Part shown: positions 61,353-64,000 of the stretch, piece after piece | Position numbering within the stretch: position 1 is the stretch's first letter | Layout of the letters: every line of letters starts with the position of its first letter | Origin: Rhynchopus sp. YZ270_cl-10 | Lineage: Eukaryota | DNA: 64,000 bases | Direction of reading: 5' to 3' | Assembly: GCA_964035575.1 (NCBI GenBank) | Contig: OZ037833.1 | Location: forward strand, 434,001-498,000 | Notes under the pieces: model-generated | Database searches by the model: none | Told to the model about the DNA's origin: nothing | Seen by the model: only the letters and a program-made list of their open reading frames with translations | Translations under genes and position numbers: made by a program

Positions 61353-62498
61353 TTAGACATCATCTCCCCCGTCAACTTCTATTCCACTGTCGACAACGGT
61401 GTGCACGTCGTACGGAAGCTTTCCAGCCCAAGTGTCTGCTTGCATGCCTGTGAGGTCAACAGTCGACAACTTCGCGCAACCAGATAAGAAGTTGTCCCCG
61501 ATCGAAGTGACTGCTTTCATGCCTGTGAGGTCAACGGTCGACAACGTCGTGCAACGAGCTAAGAAGTGGATCCCGATCGAAGTGACTGCTTTCATGCCTG
61601 TGAGGTCAACAGTCGACAACGTCGCGCAACCAGATAAGAAGTTGTGCCCTATCGAAGTGACTGCTTTCATGCCTGTGAGGTCAACGGTCGACAACGATGC
61701 GCAACCAACTAGGAAGCAGTCCGCAATCGAAGTGACTGCTTTCATGCTTGTGAGGTCAACGGTCGACAACTTCGCGCAACGAGATAAGAAGTAGGGCCCG
61801 ATCGAAGTAACTGCTTGCATGCCTGTGAAGTCAACAGTCGACAACGTCGTGCAATCAGATAAGAAGTTGTCCCCGATCGAAGTGACTGCTTTCATGCCTG
61901 CGAGGTCAACGGTCGACAACTTCGTGCAACCAGATAAGAAGCAGTTCCCGATCGAAGTGACTGCTTGCATGCCTGTGAGGTCAACAGTCGACAACATTGT
62001 ACAGCCAGCTAGGAACCCGTGCCCAATGGCGGTGACGAAAGGCAAATTTGGTAGGTCCAGTATGGTGTCGCAGTGAGGAAGGGAAGTGTCACGAATGTCA
62101 TCCACAATCGACACGCAACTGGAACCAATGCACGTTACTGTACTATACTCGAAGAAGTCATCTGGAATCTCAGTCACAACTTCTGCCTGCAGAAGCAAGG
62201 AAGCCACCTTCGGATCGGTCACCTCCTTCAACCTTTCATCTGTGATGTTGGTCTCACCCAGTGCACGAAGTGCTGCTATGGCCTCGTATTTCGTCGTTTT
62301 CGTCAGTACTACTTTGTCCCCAGCACTCAGTTCTGTGATGTCCTCCCCTTCCTCCTTCCCTCCGAAGCCCATATGAAAGCTGTCTTCGGCCAACCCCGTT
62401 GCTGTCGCCACCTTCCGACGCAGGGCCTCCGTTGTGTCATCCTCACCCACCTCAATCACATGCTCCGTTTCGTCATACCCCTGTATCGTCACATCCAT
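61353..62498 (-). CDS. Ubiquitin-like domain plus 23-aa LRR array (shorter paralogue)
   Basis: N-terminus near-identical to the 57169-58830 gene, with ~9 LRR units. Confidence 0.88.
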   Translation of the reverse strand: MDVTIQGYDETEHVIEVGEDDTTEALRRKVATATGLAEDSFHMGFGGKEEGEDITELSAGDKVVLTKTTKYEAIAALRALGETNITDERLKEVTDPKVASLLLQAEVVTEIPDDFFEYSTVTCIGSSCVSIVDDIRDTSLPHCDTILDLPNLPFVTAIGHGFLAGCTMLSTVDLTGMQAVTSIGNCFLSGCTKLSTVDLAGMKAVTSIGDNFLSDCTTLSTVDFTGMQAVTSIGPYFLSRCAKLSTVDLTSMKAVTSIADCFLVGCASLSTVDLTGMKAVTSIGHNFLSGCATLSTVDLTGMKAVTSIGIHFLARCTTLSTVDLTGMKAVTSIGDNFLSGCAKLSTVDLTGMQADTWAGKLPYDVHTVVDSGIEVDGGDDV

Positions 62499-62675
62499 TT
62501 TTTGTGTCTTTCTCTGTTTGTGGTGTTGTGGGATCAGGGAAGAAACAGGGAGCCCAACTCCCCCCACGGAATCGCCAACTAGTTGCTCTGTAACTGTACG
62601 CAGACATGTGGCACTTTGCTATGAAGTCGTCCACTCCAAATGACTGCTTTCACGCCTGCAATCGTGGGTGTAGTA

Positions 62676-63493
62676 CTAACACTCACTCTCCGCTGTGACC
62701 TGCTTTGATTTGTCACGCGTCTCAAGTACATAGGCCACCGCGTCTGCGATAGACTTCTCTTTGTCCGTGAGGATCTGGTTGTTGATGGATGCGATCTCCG
62801 CCTTCTTGCGTTCTTCTTCAATGAGTTGGTCGTACTTCACGGATGCCTCCAAGCCTTCTCTCCCTGCCTCAAGCATGGCAACGCGCTTTTCAACTTCGAG
62901 AAGCTTCCTGCGTTCTTCGTTGAGGAGAAGCGTTTGTCTGGTTTCTTCCAATGCTTCAAAGGTTTCGCGTATTTTGTGTGGAATGGTGGGCTTTGTGACA
63001 CGAACTGCGATGACGTTAATCCCGGTGTTGTGTTTGTCACAGAGCGAGGTGGCTAGCATAGCATCAAGCTGCGCGAATTTGTCGATGTACACCTCGTGAA
63101 GCGTGTGGGTGGAACAGAACTGATTCATCGTACGGTGTATTCTATCAGAAATGATCGCAACGGTGTGTGTACATAGTTGTGAAAAGTTGTGAAAAGTTGT
63201 GAAGCGTTGTGCATAGGATTGAAATTTGTGACATTTTGTGAAACTTTGCGAAACTTTGCAAAACGCCGCCCCCCGGATAGCACCAAAATCCATATTTTAT
63301 CGTAACCTACACCATAGTCTTTGACAGTCGTCTCAACGTGAGAGCGTTGTAACATATTCACCACCTCGATATTCTCAATAGTAACCATCACCCCACCACT
63401 CGTCCCACAAGATATATTACGCACCACATCCGTCTGTGTAGCAACCTGCACCATCTCAATCATATCAATCGGGGTCTTCATCGAAAACCCATG
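62676..63493 (-). pseudogene. Erlin-like SPFH-domain gene fragment interrupted by a 137-nt insert
   Basis: TDVVRNISCGTSGGVM..IEVVN..YDKIWI / SDRIHRTMNQFCSTHTLHEVYIDKF..VRVTKP. N- and C-termini are not evident. Confidence 0.8.
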
Positions 63494-63494
63494 G

Positions 63495-64000
63495 AGGTCT
63501 AGAGTGTGAAGCAAGCTGCATCTTCAGGGTTTGTAGCCATGTGGCGAAGCTGGAACAGGGATATAGGAAGACGATTGAACAGGTAAGGTCCTGAGACGGA
63601 GCCTACCCCTTTCCTGGACTGGAATGCCGTAAAGTGGTATTTGATGTTCACAACGCCCACAAAGAAATGAAAAATGTGAATGTCCACCTTGCTAGGATAC
63701 TAATGAGAGGATGGGAGGGTGAAAGTGGAGGGAGATATATCAGATTGCTACTATGTGTGACCCCAATCAATGCAAAAGCGAAGAAGAGAAAAGAAGAAAA
63801 AGATCCGCAAGTCGCAAATATGATTGAGTACGAAGCCGTGTGCTCAGTCCTCCTGTGATGCGAAAAGTCCCCGAGGAGTTGTGGAAGAACTAGGAGAAAA
63901 GTTCGTGGCTGACATCATGCATCGTTTCATTATTATTGTGTCACGTACGTGACCCCATCACGTGCTTTCGACAGCCACGTTAAAGGGCATTGGCTCTGCT
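63495..64000. repeat. Third copy of a triplicated intergenic segment
   Basis: Matches ~54785-55194 and ~60615-61333. Confidence 0.9.

Noticed and set aside
63634..63858. Plus-strand 74-aa ORF present three times
   Set aside because: Conservation is explained by recent duplication. It has no recognisable domain and one copy is disrupted.

Overview
Eukaryotic nuclear DNA, most likely euglenozoan (diplonemid-like; inference). Every credible gene lies on the minus strand. Introns are short GTATG...CAG types, there is an amastin-like gene, and the Erv1 has a C-terminal CxxxC arm. Genes: a Cid1/TUTase-type nucleotidyltransferase fused to an MLLE domain; a ~3,340-aa secreted multi-DOMON ferric-reductase/NOX protein (5 exons); a metallophosphoesterase; EFL1; Erv1; an amastin-like protein; two chimeric B-box genes; and a rearranged duplication of SEC14, Ubl-LRR and erlin fragments. 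The most striking system is a non-LTR retrotransposon family. An apparently complete APE-RT element (14747-19751) has ORF1 and ORF2 in one frame, separated only by TGA-C, and ORF2 has no usable ATG. The element has almost no 5' UTR, no poly(A), and ends in a stem-loop. A 230-bp truncated relative with a target-site duplication sits at 60771-61000. About 25 tiny 3'-hairpin stubs of three families lie in U-rich intergenic tracts, all co-oriented with host genes. The window also contains several MITEs with 6- or 8-bp TSDs, two AGTAC-core satellites, fold-back elements, and isolated 18S and 28S rRNA fragments. All calls come from manual reading; no searches were run.
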